DNA from: Sminthopsis crassicaudata
Lineage: Eukaryota
Assembly: GCF_048593235.1 (NCBI RefSeq)
Contig: NC_133618.1
Coordinates: 186,895,162-186,959,161, forward strand
Reading direction: 5' to 3'
Length of the DNA stretch: 64,000 nucleotides
Position numbers and translations under genes: made by a program. Below, piece after piece: positions 12,358 to 27,019 of this stretch (within the stretch, counting starts at the first letter, position 1; every line of letters starts with the position of its first letter). A model generated the notes under the pieces. The model made no database searches. It saw nothing but the letters and a program-made list of their open reading frames with translations, and was not told where the DNA came from.

Positions 12358-14559
12358 ATAGAGAGGTTGTGTGGTGTAATGAATGAAGTTTTCAATCTTG
12401 GAAGCAATGAGACCTGTATTCAAGTGCCATCTCTGTTACATACTAGCTATGACCATTAAATATTTCCAATATCTCAATGCTTCAGGCAATTCTTTTAAGA
12501 CTGCAGTTTACTGGTGAATCAGGAATTAACATAGATGTGGGTTTTTAAAAACTTTAATATTAGTGCAGAACAAGCATAGTCAGATGACTGAGTGGATAGA
12601 GTTCTGGGCCATGAGTCAGGAAAGCCTGAGGTTAAATCCAGCCTTGAAAATTTACTAGCTGTATAACTTTGTGTAAATCACTTAATCTCTGTTGGCTTCA
12701 GTTTCCTCAGCAATAAAATGGGGGTAACAACAATAATAATACCTTCCAGGGTTATTGGGAGAACAAAGCATGTAGCACAAGGTTTAGTATACAGTAAATA
12801 TCTGACCAATTCTTATTTCCTTCCTCATATGTATGTGACACTATATTGTTACAAAGCACTTTCATACACATTATCACATTTGATACTTTGAACTAAATGA
12901 TCAATAAAATACCAATTAAAACCTATGAAACACCACGAGATAGATAATATAAGTATTTTTATCCCATTTTACTGAGAAAGAAATTTGGGGAAGTTACTCT
13001 CAATGACATTCTATTCTTAGTGGGAGAACTGAAATTTGAACCCATGGCTTTCTGACTACAAATACAGTGCTTTTGCTAATACACTATGATGAAAATTAAA
13101 TTTACATAGTAACTTTTGGGTAATAAATGCATTAACTTAATGAGAATTAAATTCTTAATTCCCTTTCATTTGAGATAAAAGAATGTTTAATAGTATTTAC
13201 AACCCCACCTACAAAGGTCTTTTGAGGAACACACACATTCATAGATCATTGACAGTACTTGTAGACAAATGAATGTTCTAATATAACTGATTTTGGAGAA
13301 TGAATATTCATGTAAGGATAAAATTGGCTGGGGAATACTCTTTATGTGGGGGCTTTTTGTGTCTATTTAATAAGGCACGTTATACACAGCTTAAGAACTC
13401 CTGTACACAGCACTTTGGGGACATAATTAATTGCTATGTCAGGTCTAATAAGCTTACCAAAGTCATACCTATCACTTCTCCTTCTTTTTGCATTACATCC
13501 TATATGTGTGAACACTTAATCACCACTCCTCCTAAGACTAAGCATCAGGTTACATGGCTTGACTGGAAAAGTTTGCCTAATTATAAAGAAGAAATTGTAC
13601 AAGAATTCTTTTAGGTCATCTAAAAAGGGCTCAATAGTCACCATTACCAAACTTTAGGATATAAATATCTCAAAGGAATGAATTGTCCTTTCTTTTTTTA
13701 AAAGCATTCTCTTTAGTTTTTATTTGTATTTACATTTAGAGATCCTTTTTCAAAAGTAAAGATCTCCTATGGATCTCCAATCACAAACCCATCCATCCTT
13801 GCTCATCCTGTGTAATTCTTTCAAATATTCTAATGAATCTACCCATGGGGAAATGTGGCCCAGTGCACTGAATTTATTCAAAGAATTTACCCAACATATT
13901 CAATTCACTCCAACAAATATTTACTCAGGGACTTCATCCATTATGAGAGGTCAGGTGGAATAGTTGATATAGGGCTTACTTTGAAATCAGTAAGATTTGT
14001 GTTAGAGCCTTTCTTGTTCTCCAAAATACTTTTGTGAATGTGAGCAAACTCTCAACTTCTTAATACCACATGCAACTGTCCAAGACTATAAATTATAGAA
14101 GAGTTACTGATTTGTTATAATAGATGGGATTAATTAAAAAGAAATTCAATCTGCACATATATACTAATATCACCAGAGATGCTATCCTGGAGAAATGTGA
14201 CATAGAAAGAAATTGGATTTTGTCTTTGCAAGTTCAGATTATGTGCACATTAGTAGACATAACAATTCTTTCTTTCTATACAATTACCTTTTTCACACTA
14301 ATGTGTCCTGAAAAAATTGTTCCTTTTCTGCAAATTTATCTTCTACAGGTGTCAACATACTAACATTTCTTACCTTAAATATAAGATATAGTCATAAAAT
14401 TGAATTTAAAATATTTATTGTCTTTATATAAAATTCAATGTTTATTCTATTGATAGCTTAGAATTGGTATGAATAACAATGACTTTCTTTTTTGGCTCTG
14501 AAGATCTTCTCCTCTCAGAATAATAATGTTGTGATACAACACTCGTGTCAATTCTTACT

Positions 14560-14800
14560 TAGAACTTAGTCACTGAATGGGTGATTTGAGACCTGAGAAA
14601 GACCTTAATTTAGAAAGACCAAGGGCACATACTGAAATGACCTTTGTCTTGCCACCAGTCTTTTGACTTCAATGATTCTATAGGAAAAAATGAGGTTGAC
14701 AACATTACACAGCTCTGCCTCACATATCCAATTCATTCACCAGTCACGGTATCACTATTGCAATGTCACTGGTTCTCTTCAAGAATAGAGGAAAAACAAC
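14560..14800 (-). mobile_element. RTE-related marsupial SINE fragment (WALLSI4-like, family tentative)
   Basis: Reverse complement contains gaattggatatgtgaggcagagctgtgtaatgttgtcaacctca...gaagtcaaaagactggtggcaagacaaagg, resembling recalled RTE-SINE consensus. Confidence 0.5.
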
Positions 14801-15759
14801 TATGTTTAAGCTGAGTTTGGAAGGAAAAGATGGCCTCTAAGAAGCCAAACTAATGAAGATATGCATTCTAGTCACTTTGGACAGCCTGTATCAAAGCAAG
14901 AAGATGGGAAATATAGTATAATTTATAAAAAAAAAACAATAAGAACAAACTGGCTGGACCACAGAGTACATGAAAAAGGAATTTCTTTGCTCAAAAATCT
15001 TCCAGACCTCCTATTGCTATCAAAATATCAAAATTTTTATTATAGAACTCAAAATTCCAATGCAATCATTATATTTCACACATATTTATATACATCTTTA
15101 TATTTTCCAAAGCATCTAAAATAGTGTTTTATAAAAAGTAGGTACTCAATAAATATTTAATTAAACAGAATCGAACAAAATAGAATCAAGTGATAATTGC
15201 TCATGACTTTTATGTCCATGAGATTATATTCTAAAATCCCACAAGCTTTACACACTCTTACTTTATATTAAAGTTGTTTGGGTGTCATAGCTTGATTAAG
15301 GGATGGAATAATTTAGAAATAAGAGAGAAGAGGAAAAGGGAAGGGCAAAATAATTAGAATGAGTTCCTTTTTTCTGCCCTTCCCCCGTGCCATTGCCAGT
15401 AAAAATAGCATTTTAAAAAATAAATTCCAAAACTATATTAGTATTTTTTCTATGATTACATGAAAAATCATTGATTACATAAGTATTGGGAACTCCATAA
15501 CATGAAGGAACTGATAAAATATTATTTACTTTACTAGTCTGTGAGGGTTTTCTGAACACAGAAACTCAGGAATTTTCCTATGGTGACATAGCCCATAGGA
15601 ATCAGAGACATAACCTGAATTCATACCTTCCTCATGCCAAACTCAGTACGCCACTTTCTATGATGCATTCTTTCACATTAGCCTTATAAGTTTGTCAGAA
15701 TATGGATTAATCATAATTAAAATTTTAAAACATTGATGAACTGCAAAAAAATAGATTTG

Positions 15760-16500
15760 AATTTAAATTATTTTTGATTTCTTGATATCTATTGTCAAAT
15801 GTCCATTTTAAAAAATTTCATATTATATTCAATTTTATTATAATCCCAGCTCTTTTGCTTTTCCAAATGTAATTCCCAAGAACTGTAGTTTTTTAATGTG
15901 GAAACTGCTAGGTCTTGTGAAATCCTATTTGTATCTCCACAGTATTTAATGTTTTTAATTTTTGCTTTCAGTATTTTCTCCTTAAACTGGGAGTTTGAAA
16001 CTTGGCAATGACATTGCTGTAAGTTTTCTTTCTGGGATTTCTTTCAAATAGTGAATGGCAGATTTTTTTTTTTTTTTTTTTTCTATTTCTACTTTACCCA
16101 CTTGTTCTAGAACTTCAGGGCAATTTTTCTTAATAATCTTTTTTGTAATATGTTCAAGTGATTCAACAATCCTTATATTGTCTCTCCTCAATCTGTTCTG
16201 CAGATCAATTATTTTTTCTAAGGAGATGTTATTTACCCCCGCCCCCATTTTTATCATTTCTTGGTGCTTTATAACATAATTTGATTCCTCTATTCAATTC
16301 CAATTTTTAAGAAGTTATTCTTAAGATTTTGGGGTCTCTTTTTTCAATTGGTTATGGTTTTGTTTTTTGTTTTGTTTTCATAATTTTCTTGGATTGCTTT
16401 TTCCCCCCCTGATTTTTCCTAAATCTCTCTTATTTGATTTTTAAAATTATTTTCTAAGTTCTTCCAAAAACATTTTTAGACTTGCAGTCACTTGACATCA
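15760..16500 (-). mobile_element. Decayed L1/HAL1 ORF1 fragment
   Basis: ORF 15982-16257 IIDLQNRLRRDNIRIVESLEH...KKNCPEVLEQVGKVEIE resembles L1 ORF1p and the ORF1 at 48050-48930; boundaries approximate. Confidence 0.8.
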
Positions 16501-16539
16501 CTGACTTATGTAATTGTGATCGAATATCAGTGTGCTATA

Positions 16540-16773
16540 AGAAATGATTAATAAAACAGAGATAGATATAAAATGAAGAAGAAAATGAACATAACTAAGA
16601 AAGCATTGCATAAAGTAACAGCAATATTGTTTTACAAAAAAACTTTGAGCAAATAAATAATTTGACAATTTTAAATACCCAAATTAATTACAAAGGACAT
16701 ATAAAGGAAGATGCTATCTGCATCCAGAGAAAGAACTGACAAATTAGAATATGTATAGAATGATTTTACACAG

Positions 16774-16830
<57 letters not shown>

Positions 16831-17080
16831 TTTGTGTCTAATGGTGGCCACTGGGAGGGTAGGGAAGGCAAAAAGGGAAGAGAATAGGGGGAAATTTTTA
16901 TATGATTTTATCATATATTTACAAAATGAAAAATTTAAATGAGTGGTCATTCATACAATGTCAAGTTTTACATAATACATTTGTAGTTTCATGTGCAATT
17001 ATCTTTTTTTTATTATATTATATTATGAAAATATTTATCTTATTCCATAAGTTAAAAATAAAATAATTTTTTAAAAGTAT
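16540..17080 (+). mobile_element. Old L1 3' end (ORF2 terminus/3'UTR) containing a (CA)n
   Basis: gatgctatctgcatccagagaaagaactga motif typical of marsupial L1 3'UTRs; ends in aataaaataattttttaaaa; boundaries approximate. Confidence 0.7.
16776..16826. repeat. (CA)n microsatellite, about 25 units
   Basis: Read directly. Confidence 0.98.
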
Positions 17081-17675
17081 CTCATTTATCCAAAAGGGAA
17101 TGGAATATGGCAAAACAAAAATTTTCTTTTGGTTTGTTTTGGGGGGGATTTTTCATTATTGTTGTTTTTTCCCCAGCAACTGACCCACTGAGTTCTGAGA
17201 TTTCATTCTGGGGATAATCTGTCCTGATTGGTAAGTGATTGAATAATTTTTTTTTAAATCACCTAACTCATCATAGATGTTTCCAGACAGTACTTCATAT
17301 TATATCCAGTCATTTACTCAGAATTTCAATCCCAACCACTGCCAACAGAAAGGATATGTCAATCTGTTGCCCTACAGCCCTCCTTATGATCCCTGTAACT
17401 ACCTTGATAAAAACTCCCTTTTTTGACTTCCACTCCACTATATGGGTTGTTAATTCCTGAGAGAGAGAAAGAAAAGAAAGGAAAAAGAGAAGGGAAAAAG
17501 GAGGGAGGGAGGGAGAGAAAGAAAATAGATCCTTTGATGGCAGAATCTCATGTGTCTGGAACTTAGTACAGTGACATTGCATATTAAGTGTTTTTAAGTA
17601 GATGAATATTTATGATCATTAATCTGTTTCTTAGATTTAACTTTAAATTAAAATTAACTAAATCTTTGAGGAGAA

Positions 17676-18609
<934 letters not shown>

Positions 18610-18689
18610 CCTGTATGAAAACAATTAGTTGTTTATAAGAAATGATTATTGAGATTAATAATGATATAGGGAAAACAACATATTTCTTT

Positions 18690-19673
18690 TTTAAAAAAAG
18701 CTTTTTTATTTTCATAACATATGTACAGATTATTTGATATTGACCCTTGCACAGCCTTGTGTTTCAGATTTTTCTCCTTCCTCCCACCTCCTCCCCTAGA
18801 TGGAAAGCAATTAATGTATGTTAGACATGTTAAAATATATCTTAAATCCAATATGTGTAAACATATTTATACAATTCTCTTGCTGCACAAGAGAAATCAA
18901 ATCAAAAAAGAGAGTAAATGAGTAAGAAAACAAAGTGCAAGCAAAAAACAACAAAAAGAGTGAGAATGTCATGTAGTGATCCACATTCAGTTCCTACAAT
19001 CCAGTGTCTGGGTGTGTAGATGGTTCTCTTCATCACAAGATCATTAGAACTGGCATCAGTCACCTCATTGTTGGAAAGAGTCACATATATCAGAATTGAT
19101 CATTGTATAATATTGATGTTGTCATGTATAATGATTTCATGGCTCTATTCATTTCATTTAGCATCAGTTCATGTAAGTCTCTCCAGGCCTCCCTGAAATC
19201 ATCCTGCTGGTCATATCTTATAGAACAATAATATTCCATAACATTTATAAACCACATTTTTTTCAGACATTCTCCAGTTGATAGGCATTCACTCAGTTTC
19301 CAGTTTTCTGCTACTACAAAAAGTGCTGGCATAAACATTTTTGCACATATATGTCCCTTTTCCTCCTTTAAGATCTCTTTGGGATATAATCCCAGTAGAA
19401 ACACTGCTGGATCAAAGGGTATGCACAATTTGATAACTTTTTGAACATAGTTCCAAATTGCTCTCCAGAATGGCTGGATTCTTTCACAACTCCACCAACA
19501 ATATATTAGTGTCCCAGTTTTCCCACATCCCCTCTAACATTCATTATTATTTGTTCCTGTCATCTTAGCCAATCTGACAGGTGTGTAGTGGTATCTCAGA
19601 GTTGTCTTAATTTACATTTCTCTGATCAATAATGATTTAAAGCACCTTCTCCTATGATTAGAAATAGAAAATT
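18690..19673 (-). mobile_element. 5'-truncated L1 (ORF2 end + 3'UTR)
   Basis: ORF 19090-19428 ([18 protein letters not shown]...) matches the ORF2 C-terminus also seen at 55393-55695; 12-bp TSD ACATATTTCTTT at 18678-18689 and 19674-19685. Confidence 0.92.
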
Positions 19674-22042
19674 ACATATTTCTTTATCATTTATCTACAA
19701 ATATATACATAATATGTGAATATATAAATTATAAATGTGTATATAATCACATCCTTCACTTTTGTAAAGATGTAACATATAAGATATGATGCAGCTAAGA
19801 GAAGAAATTTAAATGGTTTCCATTTCTTGCTCCTCTCTTTTCAAAAGGATTCAGTATTGCTACCTTGCACTTCAAATACATGTTTATGACCAGTGATAAA
19901 CCATGTGATTGTTGCCTAAGAGTCAATCTAGAGAAGCTTAACACCACACAAGTCACAAGAAGAAATGGTCAATTTGGCTCCAAACAAATTATCTGAAGAT
20001 CTTCTATTATCATTGAAATATTGGGGTCAGAAACAGGGAGAAGAATGTGCACATTGAGAAAAATTATATTTCTTTAAAATATTGAAGTATAAATGTACAC
20101 ATTATTGTTATTCCTACCAGCCTTCTCTCTCCCATGAATTATTTCATTAGACCCTCCTTGGCAGAACCATAGAACCTAGGAAAAGGACCTTCAGATAAAC
20201 TTTGTAGAAATAAATTCAGTCAAATAAGGGGACCCAGGACGAAAAGAAGGAAGAATCTCCCCATGGGACAGAGATCTTGGAGGATGAAGATAAAGAAGAG
20301 ATGTTTGAAATTTCATGGCTTTGTAATTTAACTAACAATATCTTACTAACTAGATATTCAGTTTTTTCTATGCTATTCAAGGATTATAAATAATGACAGT
20401 GACTTCTAAATATCAACATCAATTTCCACCCTGACTGTCTTACCTTTGTTATGGTCTTGCACTCAGATACAAACTCCAAGAATAATAATGGATTCCAAGA
20501 AACATTGAGTTTTTGAAAGTGCTTTGTAAGACAACTAAAAGAACTTTAGAAGGAAGGCTCTTTAAGGAAGTCCTTTCCTTCTAAACTAAAAGGAGATAAA
20601 GGAAGGACTTTTAAGTCACCAACTTGGTCTTTTGAAAAAGGCATTTGACTTTGATAAGTCTAACCACTCAGGGTCATGTAAGCTTAATGGAAGAGTTGTA
20701 ACAGCACAAAGCATTAGGTCCAGGAGTAAGTTATTAGATCCAAAACTGTTCAAGAGTATTTATAGGGTTTGTCAAGTTACATAAGGCACATAGACATAAA
20801 TTTCATTAAAGGAAGAATGCTGACAGATACATTTCATCAGATAGAATGAGACAGGACACCTGGTGAGTGCTAAGATCTTTTATGTCATGTTGGATAAGTT
20901 CCTGTTAAAATTGTCAACCATACCCTTCACTTCTTTTTAGTATTTGCCATAAAGCTGACATAAATGTGGCTTGACACACAGCATTCTGCTCATTACCCTT
21001 GCTGACCTGGGACTATTACAGCAGCTAAAATCAAGCTCTCCCTCATTCCATATATTCAAATGTACAAGGAGGCCACACAGGAGATGGGAACAAAGTGTCA
21101 AATGCCCAACCTTTTAAAAAATGAGAAATCAAATTTCCTCATACACGACCAGTTCTGCCCTTGGGAGAGTAGTCAGTGCCAAGAATGATGTAGTTAGGAA
21201 GGAAAGCCAGTGTTTAATGGGAAGTTATACCTTTTTTGTGGAAGAATTTTCTCTTCATTCTTAGCTAAAGAAAGTGAGAGAAAAAGGCCCCTTGATATTT
21301 ACAAAATGAAAAGTTTTAATGAGAAGTCATTCACACAATGTCAAGGAAGAAAAGACAGCTTGGAGCGATACCTTAAAGAAATGAAAAGTCAGGTTTTTAG
21401 ATATTCAAGGTAATCATTATACATTGAAAACCTAGATGTTAGTATGAAAGAAAGCAATACTACTGCAGAAATCTATGTATGGCCTTTCCTCCTCCTCCAT
21501 TTTATGAAATATAGTATTTGCTCAAAACCTTTCAGTAGCTCCTCATTGCCTACAGAATAAATAACTAGCATTTATATATTACTTTAAACTTTGTTAAGCA
21601 TTTTACATTTGTTTTCTCACTAAACTCTCAACAATTCTGTGTGATAAGTAGGACTTTTATCCCCATTTTATAGATAAGGAAAAAGATTGAGAGAGGATTG
21701 TATATATATAAACTGTGTAAGGCAGGATTTGAACTCAGGTCTTCTTGATTCAAAGTTCAGCACTCCATCCTATATGCCAAAATTATGTGTGTGTCTGTGT
21801 GTGTGAAAATTTTTTTTAGCTGTGTTCAATCCCATCTGGGGTTTTCTTGGAGGACAATAAAGACTCTTAAACCAAGCATTCAAGGTCCTCCATATTCAGC
21901 CAATTCTCATCCTGTTAGTTCTTGGCTTTGTGCATGTCTCTGAAATGAGAGAAAGGTGGGGGTGGGGAGAGGAGGGGAAGGGAGAGAGGAAGACAGAAAA
22001 AAAGACAGAGATAGAGAGAGACAGAGACACAGAGAGATAGAG

Positions 22043-22199
22043 NNNNNNNNNNNNNNNNNNNNNNNNNNNNNNNNNNNNNNNNNNNNNNNNNNNNNNNNNN
22101 NNNNNNNNNNNNNNNNNNNNNNNNNNNNNNNNNNNNNNNNNNNNNNNNNNNNNNNNNNNNNNNNNNNNNNNNNNNNNNNNNNNNNNNNNNNNNNNNNNN
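22043..22199. other. Assembly gap (157 N) next to a GA-rich repeat
   Basis: N run. Confidence 1.
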
Positions 22200-22339
22200 G
22201 AGAATTAAACTACAAGTAAGTGCTTACTATGTGTGGTACTGGCAGTTACTAGGGAAAGAGATAGAAGCAAACAAGAGAGGCTCTGCACTTAAAAAGATTA
22301 TATTTTCATGAGGGAAGACAAGTGTGTGTGTGTGTGTGT

Positions 22340-23035
22340 CTGTCTGTCTGTCTGTATCTCTTTCTCAATTATCCCCAAACTTCAAATCTCATAATCTCAT
22401 TCTATTTTAATCCATCTCTCTTTATAGCTACTAAGGTGAGTTTCCCAAAAGCACACATTTTGCCATATTATTCTCCTACTCAAAACCAGCAATGGTTCCC
22501 TATTATCTCTAAGATGAAACTTAACTTTTTTTAAAACCTATTTAAGAGTTTCACAAAATTTTTCCTGACCTACTTTTCCAACCTTAATCCAAATTCTTCC
22601 TCTTCCTATAGTATTCAGCCCAGCTAATTTGAACTTATTGTTGTTCCTCCTATACAATATTCCATTTCCTTTATCTCTATATCTTTGTACTCATTCTTGC
22701 CAGTATTTGGAATTATTCCTTCTTAATCTCTCACTTTTGGAATCCCTTATTTCCTCCAAAACTCAGCTGAAAACCCAACTTCTACATGGAAACTTTCCAG
22801 ATCCCACAATACACCTCCCCCCCCCACAAATTTGTACGTATTTAGCACACATAAGTGTATATATACATATATGTTGCCTATACTTCAATATGCATTTGTT
22901 TTCCCCTCCGACAAATAGAATGTAGCTTTCTTGATGGCAGGTATTATCTAATTTTTGTCTTTTATATCCCCCTCCCCAGTGCTAAAGTAGTGCCTCACAT
23001 ATAATAGAGATTAAAAAATACTTGTTGATTGATTG
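22340..23035 (+). mobile_element. Ancient L2 3' fragment
   Basis: Ends tagaatgtagctttcttgatggcagg...ccccagtgctaaagtagtgcctcacatataatagaga...ttgttgattgattg, the L2 3' terminus pattern. Confidence 0.65.
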
Positions 23036-25659
23036 CTTAATTAAAATCTACTATCACATGCTGGCTCTTATGAATGAATATAATTTGGGGTGCAAATTAT
23101 ACTGGAAAATGTTCATGCTTTAGTGGCATAAGACCTGGATTTGGTAATTGCAGAACAGAGTTCAAATCTATGCTCAAGCCTCTATTTTACTTCTTTGACT
23201 TTATGGAAGTCACTTTCTTCTCTGAACTTTCATTTCTTTATCCACAGTGTAGAGAAAATAGTAGCTGTCCATTCTGTCTACCTCACTGCAGAATTAAATG
23301 AGATGATATATCTGAACTTGTTCTATGAACCTGACTGAGCTATACAAATGCAAGCTATTATTATTTTATTGATTTTTATCAAGCCAGGATCTAGCTAATT
23401 TGAACTGATAAGGAGATAACCTGAAGAACAACTGTGGCAAATTAAAATAGTCAACATCTTAGCAACTGTATTAAGAAGGCAACTCTGCATGACCCCAAAG
23501 CAAATGAGAAATGAGATGTTCCGATAACAATTAGAGAAGGGAAGGAAGCTATCAGCACTTTGGTTTGAGGAAAGGCCAGCCAAATCACAGTGTTCAGGGA
23601 GGCTGTCCAAATGTAATCAACAAGACTGCTGAACCTGAGATATACCACTTTTTTATAACTTGTGAGCTAAAGCTCTAATTTTAGTTTGGCCTTGGAAAGG
23701 TAAACCTTTATCATGCAGTGACAATGAAGTTTTATGTAACTTTTGAATGTCAATGTTTGTCCATTACAGAATCACAGCCCAACTTTGAGAGAATTAGATT
23801 AACTAAATGTATCAGCAATAAGATGTGACATCCTAGCACTATTCTAGTGTCTTACCAATAAGCAGTAAAAGTACAATGTATTATGACATTTGGGAGTAAC
23901 CTCTGAGTTTTTTTCCTTACCTAAAAAGGTTTTGTTACAATCCTTTACCAATTTAAATCTGCTCAGAACAAATTACTAAATCCCAACCATATCAAGGTAT
24001 ATGAAAGTGTTACTAATCAGCTACTCAGTAGAAATGGCTTTACTCTGAAATTTACAAAACGCTAGTAGAAGTGAAATTGATTAAACCATTTGTCCTAGAC
24101 AGCAAGCACTGCTAAAATGCTTCAATCATTGAGCAAACCTGAGCTCTAGAGTTGAGAATAATAATCTACTCAGAAATGTAACTAGACTTTCTGGGGCCCA
24201 GAACAAATTCAGTTGAAAATGGTATAAAAACCAGGGGTAAATAGGGAGCAGTTAGGAGAGCAATATACTTTAGCTGCTGTACATTGATGTTTTTTATCCT
24301 AGAAGTGGAAAAATCTACTGCAAATCAATTCAGGAATAGGATGATATTAATTTATTCAAGTTTGTATGATTCAGTCATATACTTCGTTAAACATTTAATA
24401 GCTAGGCTATAAATACTGCGCTTCCAAAACTATAGTGTTGTGTTTTCATTTTTTTTTTTTTAACATCAGAAATCAATCTACAATTTTATTTCAAACCTTA
24501 TTCCTTAATCTTTATATTCAAGATAAATATCTAAAAAAGGGTTGAGAAGATATTGAATTTCTGACTATTCCATGCCCCACTCAAATGGTAAATTCAGTAT
24601 AGTTACACATTAGGTATGATTGCCCCCTAATACCTCTGCAGAAAGGGGGTGTCAGCCTATTGACATGGAACATGAGAACTGAAAACCTAAAAATAGAAAG
24701 TAGGGATTTCAATAACGATGATAAAGGCATTCTGGGTAAAATGAACAATACTAATAAAAGCATGGAAGTGGGAAATGATAGGATAGAGATTGGGAGAAGA
24801 AGAGTAATCCAGTTTGGCTAAACCCAAATGCCAATAAAAGTATTATTAGCTACTAATAGAACTTAGAGATCTTGGGTATAAACAAAGAATTTCGCCATTA
24901 TCTGTCTAGAGATAGTACTTGGAGTCATTGAAGGGAAAGTGATTGCCAAAGGAAAATATGTAAATAAAGAAAAAAAAAAAAAAAGCTAAGAAAAAAAAAA
25001 TTAGGAAACAGTCTCATTTGAGGGGCAGGAAAGGATAGAGATAGGAAAATAATGGTCAGACACAGGAAGGGAATCACAAAATTTCACTGTCAGAGAAGAG
25101 ATTAAGAAAGAGAGACAATAGTCCAAATATTGAAGATAACTCAAATATACTAAAGAATGGGGCGGAGGAAGCAGGCTATTGTATTTGTTCCATTTGGACT
25201 AATAAGATACCTTCTAATTCATTTTGCTAATTCCCCTCTTTTATTTCCCTCTCTAATACTTACTTTACAGTATTGCTAAAATATCCTTCTAATTTATTAC
25301 TGCACTTATAACTCTTTGCTTCTAAAATCTTTCAGAGAATACCTACTACCTATCAAACAGAACATAAATAATTTGGTTTTTTATTTAATTATCTACAATC
25401 TGGTCCTAACCATTTTTCTGGCCTTATATCATCCTATTCTTCTTTGGTGACTTTATAATCTTGCCAAATTTAATTCTTTGTAAGGTAGTTAAACAACTTA
25501 AAGAAAGCCAGTTGTAATAAATAATGTAATAAAGATGCAAATCAGTTTATAAGGGGCAAAGGAGGAATAGAAACTGAGGAAGGCTATAAAATGTGGAACA
25601 GATGCCAACCTATTTTGTTAAAGCAAGATTCACATAAATTTGGACCAAAAACCCTATTT

Positions 25660-25800
25660 TTCCCCCTGAGGCAATTGGGGTTAAGTGACTTGTCAAGGGT
25701 CACATAGCCAAGAAGTATTAAGTGTCTGAGGGCAAATTTGAACTCAGGTCTCCCTGACTTCAGGGCTGGTGCTTTAGCCACTGTGCCACCTAGCTGCCCC
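25660..25800 (-). mobile_element. WSINE1-type SINE
   Basis: Same family as 42387-42557; flanked by c(c/t)tatttttcc on both sides. Confidence 0.88.
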
Positions 25801-26595
25801 CTTATTTTTCCACAAGATATTTTGCTAATGTGTATTATTCCCTAATGCCATGTATATATGCCATGTATATATCATGTTTTCTCTTTTGCAAAGTTAAAGG
25901 AAAACACTTAGCAATGAGTTATAGCAAGTGATTGAACACAATCCAAATTAATTAGAATAGATGGAGTCAGAATTTTCCCCCTAAAATGTATTTTTTGGTT
26001 TCTAATGGAAAAGATCTTAAGACAATTTTGAAAACTTGAAATAATTTATTTTAATTTCTTAAGACCCAAGAAATTGAATTTTCTTGTTTATTTTTCTATA
26101 CACAATTCCTACTATAATATTTATAGGGATAATAATAGTACCTACCACTCCAGATTGTTAAGAATATCAAATGAGATAGCATTTGTAAATCACTTAGCAC
26201 AGTGACTGACACATAGCAATTACTATATAAATGCTAGAATTTATTATTATTACTTAATAAATTCTTGTTGATTGATTAATAGGTTCTAGAACTGGGGAAG
26301 AGGAGGAGAGAATGCTAATGCAATTATCTCCTTTGGGCCTTTTGGGATTTCTGAACTCAAGAAACACTTTGAGTAAGTAATAAAATACTATTAAAATTAA
26401 ATGATCATAATATTAAGATTAGAGATAGAGAAAAATATATAGATAGATGGAAGTATGGGAAAATCTGATTTAATTGTATCACAAATAGAATTGTGCAATT
26501 TATAAATAAAATTAAATAGCTAATTTACTTAATGCTTATTCAAGTTTTTGCTAATTGCTGCACTTTTTATATTCACTGAGAGAAGAATAAGGGAG

Positions 26596-27019
26596 TGTAA
26601 TGTGCTGTTGTCTCCAGAAGCTGCTGATCACTCTCTGGGAGGAGATCTGCTGTGTCAACTCAAATCTCTCAGACAGATTCTTCTTCCTGTAGAGAGCCGA
26701 TGTCTCCAGACAGTTGCTGTTAACTCTGGACCAGAGTAGTGACTTCCCTTCCTGCAGAGAGCCGCGGCAAGTCTGGCCTAGAGCAGATTCTCTCTATCTC
26801 TGGAGTGCCACCCTCTTTTATCCTCCCAGAGAATGGGCATGGGATAACGCAAGGGCTTCTGGGAAAAATTACTTCAACCAATGAACTTGCTCCTCTTAGA
26901 ATTCCTAAGGTGTAAACTCCCTTTAAAGGCCTGAACCAAAGGTCTGAACCAGAGAACTGTCAAGCCAACCTGAGTTCTCACCTTGTAATTGTCCAGACAA
27001 CCTGAGTTCTCACCTAACA
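26596..27019 (-). mobile_element. Solo LTR, 424 bp, probably ERV class II (betaretrovirus-like)
   Basis: TG...CA termini; perfect 6-bp TSD AGGGAG (26590-26595, 27020-27025); 17-bp direct repeat aacctgagttctcacct at 26967 and 26999; TATA-like ATAAAA on minus near 26816-26821; retained CpGs. Class inferred from TSD length. Confidence 0.85.

Noticed and set aside
20855-20870. Consensus donor CTG|GTGAGT on + strand
   Set aside because: Isolated, with no credible upstream acceptor or reading frame.
24687-24696. Perfect MEF2 site CTAAAAATAG
   Set aside because: Lies in or beside an L2 relic, has no supporting motif cluster, and about one such 10-mer is expected by chance in 64 kb of AT-rich DNA.
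26548-26739. Small ORFs inside LTRs (also 5621-5815, 40342-40705, 47711-48001)
   Set aside because: Chance ORFs in non-coding LTR or UTR sequence.
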